Shown here: positions 49,177 to 63,085 of the stretch, piece by piece
How the letters are laid out: the number at the start of each line of letters is the position of its first letter
How positions within the stretch are numbered: position 1 is the first letter of the stretch
NCBI GenBank assembly: GCA_951406725.2
Contig: OX597816.1
Location: 5,022,001 to 5,086,000 of the forward strand
Source of the DNA: Octopus vulgaris
Taxonomy: Eukaryota
DNA length: 64,000 nucleotides
Direction: 5' to 3'
The notes under the pieces: generated by a model
What the model saw: the letters and a program-made list of their open reading frames with translations, nothing else
What the model was told of the DNA's origin: nothing
The model's database searches: none
Program-made: the position numbers and the translations under genes

Positions 49177-50354
49177 ATTGATCAGTCTTGGAGAAGGATA
49201 TTCTGGTTAAATTTTGGGGTTGTTCCGATTCTGGCTATCCCAGTTAACGCAGGGCCTCTGGAAAGAGAGCTGGTCCATTTGAAAGGTGAGTGTTGTTCTG
49301 TGTAGCTTCACTCATTGTAATCGATTTCACACACAGCAACTTTTTTGAAAGCACATTATGGATTACGGATTTCTCACAACGTCCTGCAGCAATGTTGGAG
49401 TAGTGGAACTAACGATCGTCACCACTTGAAAGCAAGTGGTTGCAAAGCAGACCATTTGTTGATCTCTACTAATCACTGCTCACATGCATGAGACGATGTT
49501 GATAGAACACACAAACAACACCCTAGAACCCATCCAAAAGGCTGTCCCTGGTTTGACCTGTATTTACCAATTCTTGTACCAAACATCTTACAGACATACA
49601 TTTCTTCTCTCTATTTCTCCTATCGCTATCATCATGGTCTATTCTTACCTGAACTAGTTAAATGCCTACCCCTTCAAATCTAACGCACGCGATACAATGC
49701 CTATCATAGCACCATATATATCTCACCTTCCACGTTTAGCACTAAACACTTTGTCCAAACTCACCTTCTTAGAATCACATCCATTCTATTATTATCTGCA
49801 GAGACACATCGGAAGAATTTAAAACTGAGCATCACTTACATTGATATCTTTAAGTCTAAGTTGGTGTACTCAAACTAACTTTAAAATCAAATATTTTACA
49901 ATTATATATATATATAAAGAAACCTGTGCCAATTATTTTATTGTGTGTGCATAACTGAACTTTCTATTTACAAATGTTTGTCAATGAACAATATTAATGC
50001 CGATAACAATAACAGTATTTTGTTCAATTCTAAGTAATGTGTTCTCACAATCTGAAATGATAAAGTAGATTTATTTCGAACAATGGAATTAGAGTAGTCA
50101 TTCATTGCAAGATTAACATATCACGGAATGAACCATGTTTAAAAACGGAAGAGATCTTCGGTTGTATTGAATGTTCTCGGAATAGAACATCTCCAGGATT
50201 ACAATTTATTGCAAAATGGACGAGACTGCGCAAATATCAACAACACTGTCTGTGATGCAACGCAGTAATGGTTACAGGAAGCAATGTAAATGTTTCAAGG
50301 ATCAATTTCTCCAACTTCCAGTCAGAGGCATAGCCAGGTTCGAAAGTTTGTTGT

Positions 50355-50657
50355 TGTTTGTTACCTCTCGAGCCACGCCTGGCTCATAAGGGCCGGTTTC
50401 CCGGTTTCCGTGGCGTATAGGTTCCCCACCTGGACTGGACGCTGGTCTGTCGCAGGTAAGCTGCAAGATGCAGGAGAAAAGATTGAGAGAAAGTTGTGGC
50501 GAAAGAGTCAGCAGAAGTTCGCCATTACCTTCTGCCGGAGCCGCGAGGAGCTTAGATGTTTCACTCATAAACACACACATCATCCGGTCTGAGACTCGAA
50601 CCCGCGATCCCTCGACCGCGACTCCGCTGCTCTAACCACTAGGCCATGTGCCTCCAC
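50355..50657 (-). mobile_element. SINE family R, tail variant 1
   Basis: Full reverse copy; TSD-like caggttc(g/t)aaagtt on both sides. Confidence 0.85.
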
Positions 50658-51573
50658 AGGTTCTAAAGTTAGAGAGGTCGAGCACTGAACAAAAGGCGTC
50701 GTGACACATAGCTTAGATAACTTCGATTGGTTTCAGCCATTATCGGCCTAGGCCATGGCTAACTCAATAACACCACCTGGAAAAGACTTTTAGTTAATTA
50801 TTTCGGGACACCATGGACCACTCAAGTAGAGAGTTGTTGTTGTTGGTGGAGACGTATCCAGGTGTGGGTGGTTTATCCGGTATTTTAAGGAGGAATTTGT
50901 CCAGGTACCGTTTGAAAGTTGGAGTTTTTTCTACTTTAATTTATTTCGGGATAACATAGAAAAGGGCAGGACCATTTGCGTGAAGAAATCGCGTCTCAAT
51001 GTTCATATATGATGTGATCTCGACCTTTGTAGGGGACGCATTGCACGGGGGCCTAGTCTTGGGTGAATTGTAAACATGATACCGATAACTCATTTCGCTT
51101 ATATTATGTGAAATCTTTCATTATTAATTAATCTACGTAATTGTGTTCTCTCCTCATTAGTTTCAAGTTTCCGTCACAATGTCGAGAGGTTGTGACATCT
51201 AATTCTTCAGATGTTACTAACCACCAACACATCATGGGAGATTGAGAAGACAGTTCAAATACACGGAACTTCGGTCAAATAAAATATTGACACCAGAAGT
51301 TTCTTCCACGGTCATGCGATGAGCAAAAAAAGTGATTCGACTTTTATTTCTGAAGTGAACTAAAGAAATTTTTTTAAAACATGGTTGAAAAGATGCCAAT
51401 TTAAAAAAATACACTCGTGGGTGGGTGGAGCGGTCTCCCCTTTTACTCCCTTATTGCCTATGCCACTGTCACCACTGGATTTTCCAAGACACAAATTTAG
51501 CTGAGCACCGGTGACATGGTTTTAAATGTATGGCATTAAAGTTGCCCGGTTGAGACGCGGATTTATCATTAAT

Positions 51574-52066
51574 CCTTTCTGTTAAAGGCTCAAGACCTGA
51601 ACTTTTGGGGGTGGGGATTGGTCGATTATATCGACCCCAGTGCTAAACTGGTACTTAATTTATCGACCCCGAAAGGATGAAAGGCAAAGTCGAGCCCGGT
51701 GGAATTTGAACACAGAACGTGAAGACGGAGGAAATGCCGGTAAGGATCTGACCCTACGTGCTAACGATTCTTATTTCTTTACTACCCACAACGGGCTAAA
51801 CACAGAGAGGACAAACAAGGACAGACAAACGGATTAAGTCGATTACATCGACCCCAGTGCGTAACTGGTACTTAATTTATCGACTCCGAAAGGATCAAAG
51901 GTGAAGTCGACCTCGGCGGAATTTGAACCCAGAACGTAACGTCAGACGAAATACCTATTTCTTTACTATCCACAAGGGGCTAAACACAGAGGGGACAAAC
52001 AAGGACAGACAAACGGATTAAGTCGATTTACATCGACCCCAGTGCTAACGTTTCTGCCAGTTGGCC
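51574..52066 (-). mobile_element. SINE family M trimer inside one TSD
   Basis: Junctions at 51770/51771 and 51955/51956; TSD gcggat(t/c)tat(c/t)attaat at about 51557-51573 and 52067-52083. Confidence 0.8.
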
Positions 52067-52350
52067 GCGGATCTATTATTAATAGCAACTGTTTATGGAA
52101 TAAAGTGTTACCTATTTTTGACAACCACCGGAAGTGAGACAATGCAGAATAAATAATTCTTCCCGATATCGTAAAACTTATTTGAACTCAACAGGAGATG
52201 GTCCAACACAAACAAATCGCTTTTGAACTTGTTTACGTTCGATTCCAAGTAATATTAACTCCTATGTATACCTTAGTACTTACATACCTTCATACCTACC
52301 CACTTACATATCTACCTACCTACCTACCTACACAGACATACACATACATA

Positions 52351-52409
<59 letters not shown>

Positions 52410-52630
52410 ACACACACACGTAAACACTTTTTAATCTATAAACATATTTCCAAACAACAAATAACCTGCAAACAACATATTTTTTCTGCTATCTTTCTGG
52501 AATACAAAAGAAGATTCGCCATATTGGAAGCCAGTTTTTTAAGCGTTATTTTTAGCAATAACCTAATAAACAAGATTTAAAATGAAAAGAAGTCGGTGTA
52601 TTAGACACTGTTGTTGATTTGATACAGTCA

Positions 52631-52990
52631 CTCTTCTTCTTCTTCTTCTTCTTCTTCTTCTTCTTCTTCTCCTCCTCCTCCTCATTCTTCTTCTTCTTCT
52701 TCTTCTTGTGCTTCTTCTTCTCCTCCTCCTCCTCCTTCTTCTTGTGCTTCATCTTCTCCTCGTTCTTATGCTTCTTCATCATCATCATCATTTTCTTCTT
52801 CTTGTGCTTCTTCTTCTCCTTCTTGTACTTCTTCTCTCTATCTCCTCCTTCTTCTTCTTCTCCTTCTTCTTCTTCTTCTTTTGCTTCTCCTTCTCGTTCT
52901 TCTCATTCTTCTTCTTCTTCTTCTTCTTCTTCTTCTTCTTCTTCTTCTTCTTCTTCTTCTTCTTCTTCTTCTTCTTTTTCTTCTTCTCTC
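52631..52990. repeat. (TTC)n/(TCC)n polypyrimidine microsatellite
   Basis: Seen directly. Confidence 0.95.
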
Positions 52991-53879
52991 TGTGTCTGTG
53001 TCTGTCTGTTTCTCTTACTGATCTGCTATTTATTCTGTGCTATTTAAGCTTTTCCGAATCAAAAAAAAAATAATAATAATAAATAAAATAACTACGCAGT
53101 GATGATGAAAGATTAAAGAAAAACACAGCAGAACGACTTCATTTTGAAACGCAACCAGAATCGAAGGCAAGCTATTGCAGAGAGAAGTAACATCTATTAT
53201 TGCTACTAATGTCTAATTGTGCGCTAGTAGTATATCGATTAGTTGATTCTGGGTCAGTACCAATAAGTATAGTTTATTCAATATCGAAGGGAAAATAAGG
53301 GGATGTGAAATGTACTTGTTGATCAACAGTAACGGTATATGTAAATAATCGATAAACGACCGCTTACACACATTACATGTACACAGCATACATCACACTA
53401 CACACACACAGAGACCACACAAGCATATATATATATATATATATATATACGCAAAGCCACACATGGATGTATAAATTTATACCACACGCGCAAACTTGTG
53501 CAGGTAATGTTCCTAAAACAAGGAGTTTATCACGGTTTTATGGTATCGACGCATGAAGTAAATCTTCCCTTCCGCTGAACACTTCCATCCATAATTGATC
53601 TCGGTTTTAATACACGCTCAATGAAACAATAAAATATATATACGACATGTCAATGAAACAGTAAATAATCGACTTCGGATTCCAAACGTTCCGTTCTGGC
53701 CTCCGAGCAAAATATTTAATTCCTCCTTCAAGTGAGCTCAACTGTTGAATGGCCGCCGGATATAATAATCAACGCAGATTGAGGGAGATCTTTTCATTGA
53801 ATATATATATATATATAAAATAGAATATATATGTATATATATATAATATAGAATATATATATATATATATATATACATA

Positions 53880-54004
53880 CACTAGCGTGGCTAGTGTATG
53901 TGCCGCCCCCAGAGCCCACATATTGCCTACAGCAATAACCTACAACAGGATGAAAAGTATGCCCGGGGCGGACCCTACATACCGCCCCCGTCGCTACGCT
54001 AGTG
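53880..54004. mobile_element. Small GC-rich MITE-like element
   Basis: Ends CACTAGCGTGGC / GCTACGCTAGTG are inverted repeats, embedded in TA/TATG repeats. Confidence 0.45.
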
Positions 54005-54026
54005 TATGTATGTATGTATGTATGTA

Positions 54027-54063
<37 letters not shown>

Positions 54064-54397
54064 ATGTATGTATGTATGCATGTATGTACGTACGTACGCA
54101 TGTATGTATGTATGTATGTATGTATGTATGTATGTATGTATGTGTGTATGTTTGTGTGTATGTGTGTATGTGTGTGTGTGTGTGTGTGTGTGTATGTACA
54201 GGGCTGGCCTTAGGGTTGCTGGTGCCCTGGGCAAGCTGAACTTCGACGTGTACAAGCTGACAGACGTGAAAACTTCCTTGTATTTGTCACGCTCCCCTAG
54301 GAACCGCCCCCGCTCCGGGCACATGGCGGCCCAGGCGACTGCCCGAGTTTCCGGTACCTTGAGCTTGCCTTATATATATATATATATATATATATAG

Positions 54398-54575
54398 ATC
54401 GTTAGCCACTACACACATTTTTTCTCTCCTTGTTTTTTTTCTGTGTCCCTTTCTGTAGAAGAGCGTAGGCTCGAAACGTAAAAGACTTTTTTTTATTCCT
54501 GTGCGTTATACTAATAGATCTGTTTGTTTTCTACACCACCTGTCTTCGTCTTTTGTTTTTTTCGTAAACTCTCCT
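54398..54575 (+). mobile_element. Family Q pLTR-like element inserted in (TA)n, with hammerhead-like motif at 54449-54484
   Basis: CTTT-CTGTAGA-A-GAGC[GTAG]GCTC-GAAA-CG-TA-AAAG; an inverted related piece lies at about 54880-54987. Confidence 0.6.
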
Positions 54576-54581
54576 TATATA

Positions 54582-54640
<59 letters not shown>

Positions 54641-54690
54641 CTAGTTTCACCAGCGATAATAATTAATTTTATTTTATCGCAATTTGACTT

Positions 54691-54744
<54 letters not shown>

Positions 54745-54843
54745 ATGCGTATATATATATGCACACACATATATATACATATATGTATATATATATATAC
54801 ATATGTATATATATATACATATATGTATATATATATATATATG

Positions 54844-54880
<37 letters not shown>

Positions 54881-55079
54881 GACATTTATAGAAAAACGAA
54901 AGACGAAGGCAGGTGTATGAACGACAAGCAACAAGGGTGACGCTCGGGAAAAATGAAAACCTTTCTACGTTTCGAGTCTACGCTCGTATATGTATGTGTG
55001 TGTGTGTGTGCCTGTGTGTGTGTGTGTGCCTGTGTGTGTGTGTGTGTGCGCCTGTGTGTGTGTGTGTCTGTGTGTAAAT

Positions 55080-55111
<32 letters not shown>

Positions 55112-56436
55112 GTGTGTGAGGGACATATTATTACCACGACCAGAACATAGTTGCTAGAACCAGTAATAAAAATTGAAATATTGTCATATGATATTGCCTC
55201 GTTGTCTCGTCTGTTAAACTGATGTAAATTTTATGATGATGGCAAAGGACAAGCAGCCAACGAGAGAGATTGCTGTTTATCAACGTATGGCAAAGAATAG
55301 GAATTCAAAACATTATTTAGAATATAAAAAGGAATGGATAAACAATGTAGAGGGGAATATTTGTTATTTTGTGGCGATATAAATAAAAAACAAAACGTGG
55401 CGAAACAGCCTCGGAACATCACATTGTTGGCCACACTTAAAATAATTGCTGTCAATTCAAATGTTGCAGTTTTATTGGTGATAAATGAAATGAACGAAGG
55501 CGGGCGGGGTGGAGATGTTGACCCAGGGAGTAATGCTACTAACAGAAGGACAACAATAAACAACAACTTTTGTATGTGTAGAAACCATTGTTAGGGCATG
55601 CGTATGAAAATGGAATTAATATGCCTCGGTTAAATTTAGACGGCGTTAGAGAAACTATTGACACGAAATCAATGACATGGAGAAACGAAACATGGCTCAG
55701 ACCAGGCAAGTAATTCCTCTTCCACTGCTGAAGCAAGAAGCACGTTTCGTCTCTTCACTTCGCGCTCCTTCTCTCGTCTAACCCTTCTTCTCCCCGCTCT
55801 CTCTCTCATCTCTTCTTTTCTCTCTTTGTCCCACTATATGCATGTATGTATGTGTGTGTCCGTGGATGAATGTGTGTCTCTGTATGTAATCGTGCCTGCG
55901 TATGTGTGTGTGTATGTGTACAGATACATGCAAGCGAATACATACGTATAATTCATGCACACATCACGCATATATATACTTGCACACGTAGGTGTAAACG
56001 TTGGACAGGAGTGGAAGTAATACTCGATAAATATTACATTTGCAGAACAATCTGTCTGTCTAGAAAATATGTACAACATCACATGTATACATGTGTCTAC
56101 GTACAAACAGAGCTCATATTCTTCCTTCGTTTTCGAAGGTGACCAAAGACTGCAGTTCATAAATACCAGCAGTACTTCTTAGAAAGAATCACCAATACAG
56201 TCACAAGGGAGGAAACAGCGGATGCCCAATATTTCGTTATCACAGACACGTGAGCTATCCTTCGGAGATGGTATCACCAAACTGAAACTATTTGTTCGGC
56301 AATTTCCCTTAAAAATATTATTTTCTTTCATTTTATTTTCAGCTCACACACAAACCTATAAATTCATAAAGATACAGGCAAGCACATAAACACATACATA
56401 TACCTACATACGCAAATATACATACATACGCCCCCC

Positions 56437-56469
<33 letters not shown>

Positions 56470-56539
56470 TCCTGCATGCATAAGCATAAGCGGTTCTGGA
56501 AAATATAAAAGATGCATGAGTGTTTGTGTGTATATATGC

Positions 56540-56912
56540 ATGTGGCACTCCGTCGGTTACGACGACGAGGGTTCTAGTTGATCCGATCAACTGAACAGCC
56601 TACTCGTGATGTTAACCTGCAAGTGGCTGAGCACTCCACAGACACGTATACCCTCAACGTAGTTCTCGGGGAGATTCAGCATTATACAATGTGCGACAAG
56701 GTTGTCCCTTTGAGATACAGGTAGAAGTGAAACAGGAAGATAAGAGTAAGACAAAGTTGTGAAAGAGTACAGCAGGGTTGGCTCCCGCCCCCCCTGCCGG
56801 AGCCTCGTGTTTTCTCTCAATAAACACTCACAACGCCCGGTGTGGGAATCGAAACAGCGACCCTACAACCGCGAGTCCGCTGCTCTAACCACTGCGCCAT
56901 TGCGCCTCCACA
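56540..56912 (-). mobile_element. SINE family R, tail variant 2
   Basis: Reverse copy homologous to 33855-34234. Confidence 0.8.
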
Positions 56913-57021
56913 TGTATATGCATATATGTATATATGAGTGCGAGTGTGTGTCCAAGTGTATGTTTCACAGTTCAGCTCGCTGGTGGACAAGAAAGACAAT
57001 TTGTGTGTGTGTGTGTGTGCG

Positions 57022-57064
<43 letters not shown>

Positions 57065-58228
57065 GTGCCTGCGTGTATGTGTGTGTGCATGTATGTGTGT
57101 GTAGATCGTGTTTTTCATTGTTCAGCAGAAAAAAAAATTAAAAGAAATAAAAAAGTTTCACGGAAATTGCCGAACAAATAGATTTGATGAAACCATCTCC
57201 GCAGGATAGCTGATGCGTGTAATATTGCGATCTCCGCAGCGGAATCTCGTTGTCTGATTATGTCTCTAAGAAGTTTGAGATTAGAATTGTGCTGTGTTAT
57301 GGGTAATCATGAGTGAGGAATGTATCCGGTGACCAAATTCGATCTTTTGTCCTTGCGACCATTCACCAATGGTTTCTTGCTATGACCACGACTGGCGATA
57401 TATCAGAGATAGAGTGAGATGACTACGACGATCTAGGCATCTCATTGTGCCCTGACGTAGCGGCACACCGTTACGTTGCTGAATATCAGCTTTCTAATTA
57501 TCAAAACCTGAACACAGCTGGTTTGGTTTCCTGCGCACACTCGGCCAAAGACGCAGTCTTAACATGTGTAAAGCGACAGACCTTTAAGATCGTTACCCAG
57601 AAGGAAGCGAACTCGATACGGACGGATTATTGGGCCTACAAGTGAGAATTTGGTAATAGAGAGAGCCAGCTGCAGACGAGCTGTGCTGCAGAGTGACCAG
57701 CAGGATCGCTGCCAAAGGTACTGTCTCTTCTTCACACCTCATACCCACCCCATAGACACAGGTATATATTATACAGGGTGACTGCGTTAATTTAAACGTG
57801 CTGCCGGTTCAAATATGCTTGAGGAATATTCGAACCGGTACGAAAGTCACTCAGCATCACAGAAAACATTTCTCGCTGTAGACTGACTTGATGTAAATAC
57901 AGCGAGTCAGCCCACAGTTCTCCCTAAACAGATTGTTGAATGCATGCATTTCGGAGTGGTTATCTCCTCCTCAGCAGCAGCGACCAGAAACGCAGACGCT
58001 GCGAATTGACATGTAGGACAGGTCCCTCTTTTGACATTTCCGTCATAGTTCAATAATAGACATGTATGTTTTTAAGAAACTTTTTATTCATATTTTCCAA
58101 TGGTCTCCTGTTTACAGAGACTTGTTAATGGTAAAAGCAAGACTTTTGTTCTCTTTCCCCGAACTAAGAGGTAAATTTCAATATATAAAATAAATTTGCG
58201 TACTACATTCAATGCAACGACACTCAAC

Positions 58229-58264
<36 letters not shown>

Positions 58265-58779
58265 TACATACAAACACGCACAGACAGCCACGCGCCCGCG
58301 CATATAGACAGATGGGAGAAAATCAGAACGGTCGAAAATGCGCTAAATGTTTACATATGAATAAGAATAAAACGATTTTTATTTTTTCAACATTGGACGT
58401 AAATATTTCTATTAGGTATCGATAACAATATTTATGAAAATAAAGATACAAAATATTTTCACATAAAAGATGTTATGGCATAAAAGTTTTACCGTACAAA
58501 CATTAGTTTTACTAAAAAAACATAAATCAATCTCTCTCTCTCCCTCTCTTATATATATATATATATATATATGTGCATGCGAGTGTGTATAGATTTTTTA
58601 AAATGGGGGGGGGTAGAGAAAAGAGAGAGGGTGGGAGAGAAGGAGGAAGAGCGAGATAGATAGATAGACAGACAGATATAGATAGATAGACAGATAGATA
58701 GATAGATAGATGTCTACCAAATCTATAGAAGCTGAACTGCGAATACAAACAACAGTGTGGTTAAGAAAATATACATAAT

Positions 58780-58841
<62 letters not shown>

Positions 58842-58925
58842 GCATTCACTGCAGCCAAGATGGCACACGTGCTTTTCTCAGACTATTCTTTTCCTTGTTT
58901 CAGGACTTTATCCGGTTTCCTTTTT

Positions 58926-58952
58926 CTGACGAAGACCCAAGCTCGAAACGTC
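58926..58952 (+). ncRNA. Degenerate hammerhead core
   Basis: CTGACGA-A-GACCCAAGCTC-GAAA-CG-TC; no stem I pairing visible. Confidence 0.35.
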
Positions 58953-59255
58953 ACACCCCTTCTCTTTCTCTTCCATCTCAAACATTTTATGAGTGTCATG
59001 ATAATACATTCACTTTGTACGTCAATTTGATTTTTGTTTTTGATTTGCCTCTGTGTGTCTGAGAGAGAGAGTATCTGCTTGTGCCTCTGTGTATGTGTTG
59101 TTTTATATATTTTTGTTATTTTTATTCTTTTTTTTTATTTTATAAATTTTACCACACAAATATATATATGTGTGCATGTGTGTATGTGTGTACTTACGTG
59201 TGTGTGTGTGTGTGTGTGTAGAATATAAATAGTTCACTTGTGGCCTAAACGAAAA

Positions 59256-59259
<4 letters not shown>

Positions 59260-59353
<94 letters not shown>

Positions 59354-59354
59354 A

Positions 59355-59430
<76 letters not shown>

Positions 59431-59440
59431 AAAAAAAAGA

Positions 59441-59511
<71 letters not shown>

Positions 59512-59820
59512 AAAAATAAAAAAAAATAAAAAAAAAATAAAAAACAAAAAATAAAAAAAAAAAACAATTTATTTAAAATTTTATTTTTTTTTTAAAATAA
59601 TAATTTTTCATTTTTTTTTTTGATATCTTTTTTTTAAATTTTTTTCAAAATAAAGTTTAAAATTATTAATAAATTAAAAAAAAAAAAAAAATTTTTAATA
59701 ATAAATTATTAAAATTTGTTTTAATTTATATATTTTATTAATATAATAAATGTTGTAATAATTTATTATAATTTTGTAAAAAAAAAAAAAAATAATAAAT
59801 ATAATTTATATTAATTTTAC
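59260..59820. other. Poly(A)/(CA)n/AT-only low-complexity block, probably a consensus artefact
   Basis: A-runs of about 70-90 nt and almost no G. Confidence 0.7.
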
Positions 59821-60365
59821 CAAGCAGCCATCTGGAATCACAGCCAAATACAAACCGCGTTGAGAGGTAAACAAATTGAATTCCAGAATCTAAAATAGAT
59901 TTGTGGGCCTCGTATCAATACTGTGAAGAGAGCTAATAATGCTGCGATGCTAATTAGAACGGATTTTAATTCGTAAACAGTGATGTTTTATACAAACATG
60001 GGTGGTTATGATATTTGCAAATACATCACGTTTCACCTCAGTATTTATGATTTTGTATTTGTATTTGCATTTGTGTCAAAAGCAAGCATTTTGTGGTCAT
60101 GTCAGCGTGTGGTTTATTCTATTTCTGCTATAGTCTTGGGTTGGATTTCGTAGAAAGAAAGTGTGCCGAAGCTCCTCGCGTGCGTTTGTGTGTGTGTGTA
60201 TGTGTGTGTGTGAGAGTGTTTGTGTGTGTGCGTGTGTGTGAGAGAGAGAGCTAGTACTTGTGTTTGTCCAAATACAAACGCTAGGCCATAGACACACACA
60301 CAAACACACACACACAACACACACATACACACAGCAGCACACACACACAAGCACACACACACAAG

Positions 60366-60397
<32 letters not shown>

Positions 60398-61086
60398 CAC
60401 AGTCGCGTACGCACCTCTAGCTCTAGCAAGAGTCCTCCAATGCTGTCAGCTCAACGGGCAACGAGCCTCTCTAAACCTCCGATTCTTCGCTTTCCTCTTA
60501 GCTCACAGTCTGGCCATACTCCTTATCATTATCATATCGTTCCGGAACGTCATACGACACATATTCCTTGATCTTCAACTCGGTCTTTTTCCTCCTTCCG
60601 GCGTTCACCATCACCATGGTAGCAGGTCTCTTGCAGTCAATCACGACACACATGACCAGTAAACACCATTTACATCGCTTAGTCTTCATATTCTCCCACA
60701 AGCCAACGCCTGCACACACACTTCACACCTCACACACACACACAAGAAAGACACACACACACACAGAGATTGTGTTGTACGATTGCATACGGATTTACAA
60801 ATATACAGATACGGCGTGGTGTAGCTGCGACTATTATCATCTTGTTGTTGGTCTTCGATCTCCATATTTGGAGTGCGTGTGTGTGTCTGTGTGTGTCTGC
60901 GTGCGTTTGTGTATGTGTCTGTAGACTTCACATTCTGAGTTTCACAGTAAATATACGCTAATAATCAGTTGTAACAGATGTATGTATGTATGTATGTATG
61001 TATGTACGTATGTATGTATGTATGTATGTATGTAAGATGTATAGAAGATATTTGTAAATGGTATGTATGTATAGATAATTAGATAA

Positions 61087-61139
<53 letters not shown>

Positions 61140-61487
61140 ATGTTTGTAGATAGATAGATAGATATAGATAGATAATAATTAAAAATAATTACTAACCCAT
61201 ACGTAGCAGCACTTAATTGATTTACCTGGATTTACTAAATGGGAATAGATTTCATTTGTTTATTTCTTAATCTTTTGATTATCGAGACATCAAAAGGAAT
61301 GGAGTAGACATCTTAAATATTACATGAGAATTTAAAAAGACTAACATCGTGTTCTTAATAAATTATTAGTTTCCAACAATTGTTAATTTATCCAATACGT
61401 ATGTTCGATAGATTTATGTTGTACAGACCGGATTTATAATTATTGTAGAGATAAACCTAAAATATATATATAATATATCTTTATGCG

Positions 61488-62580
61488 TGTGTCATTATTC
61501 AATTCAAGGTTTCTTGGGCAAAGGAAATTGGAAAAGAAATAAACCTATCAATAAACATTGGAATTTAACATCATAAAATGTATTTTTTGTATGTATTTAT
61601 GTATGTATGTATGTATGTATGTATGTATGTATGTATGTATGTATGTATGTATGTATTTATGTATGTATGTATATTTGTATGTATTCTCAGCATATGCTAT
61701 ATCTAACATGCTCATATATATATTTAAATGATAAACTTACGGAAAGTTTTATCAGATATTATTCAGATGTGGTTCTAGTTCTGTCGATACTTTCTCTCTT
61801 TTCTTGTTTCGAGAGTGTCAATTTCTCAAGGTTGGTATTTGGCAGTGTGTTACATATCCCAGGGTAATTACTGGTATAAACCTGAACTTGTAATCTAAAG
61901 AAATACTGCAGTGTTTGTCAAATCAAACACCATGTTAACACACAAACACACCATACCACAACACATGCTCACACACACACAAGCCACACACACAATCACA
62001 TATCACATAAACCACACACAACCATGGTTATGGCTTCTACCATATTGTTTAATCTTTATCCATCCGACGGATTCATTGTGTCCTACATTCTCTACCTCCC
62101 GATTCTTCGCTTTTCTAGCTCCAGTCTGGCAAGTCCATCGGTTGTCACATCGTTCCGGAACGTCTATCCCTTTTTGATCTTCAATGGTTGATATTTCCTG
62201 CTGCGGCTTGCAAACGCATACCCTTCAAATGGTAGCAGGCTTTTGCAGTAATGATAAACTGCTCATGATCGATATTACTATTGTCTTCTTCATATTCTGC
62301 CATTCCATGCATAGTCTTCTGCTCATTTCATCCTTTCATCTAAGGATATGTTGCAGTGAATTGCGACTTCTTGGGCTTGTATTCCAGGTTATCAGACAAA
62401 GAGTGTTGCTCAAGGTGTAGCTGCCTTATCATCTTGTTGTTGGTCTTCGATCTCCATATTTGGACGAAGGCGTTGGAATACGGACGTTGCTTTATCTATC
62501 CTGGTCTTGACTTCAAATTCTGTTTCACTCTCGATGGAAATATAACGCTAATAATCAGTTGTAACAATGGCTCGGATCTC
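61488..62580 (-). mobile_element. Garbled copy of the (TACA)n-associated Dong/R4-like element (another, more garbled, at ~60420-60977)
   Basis: Collinear blocks match 63086-64000 and 15706-17033; 5' end GAGATCCGAGCCATTG abuts (TACA)n. Confidence 0.65.
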
Positions 62581-62766
62581 ATGTATGTAGGTATGTATGT
62601 ATGTATGTATGTGTGTGTGTGTATGTATGTATGTATGTATGTATGTATGTATGTATGTATGTATGTATGTATGTATGTATGTATGTATGTGTATACATAC
62701 ATACTGCATGTATACATACTTAGAGATGACATATATATAAACATAAATAGATACACACGTGTAAAG

Positions 62767-62873
<107 letters not shown>

Positions 62874-63034
62874 GTGTAAAGGAATAGATTTGAAATCCGG
62901 GCAGGTACGTTATTAGCAGCACTGTAATATTATAATCCATATCTGGCTAACCACATAAAATGATGGGGAACATACAGGATTGTTTACCTGGTGGTGCTTC
63001 AATCAATAGGTAAATATCGAGTTTACTTCGTTGG

Positions 63035-63071
<37 letters not shown>

Positions 63072-63085
63072 GCGTGTGTGTGTGT

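Noticed and set aside
52128-52136. ETS-type promoter motif CCGGAAGTG
   Set aside because: Single short motif with no other promoter evidence.
55231-55566. ORF starting LFIVVLLLVALLPGSTS as the signal-peptide exon of the FSTL-like gene
   Set aside because: No usable in-frame ATG (ATG CCC TAA lies upstream) and no convincing phase-1 donor after the hydrophobic stretch.
55582-55705. Possible plus-strand exon ending at a GC donor (CAG|GCAAGT), peptide ...MPRLNLDGVRETIDTKSMTWRNETWLRP
   Set aside because: No recognisable homology and no partner exon; could be chance.
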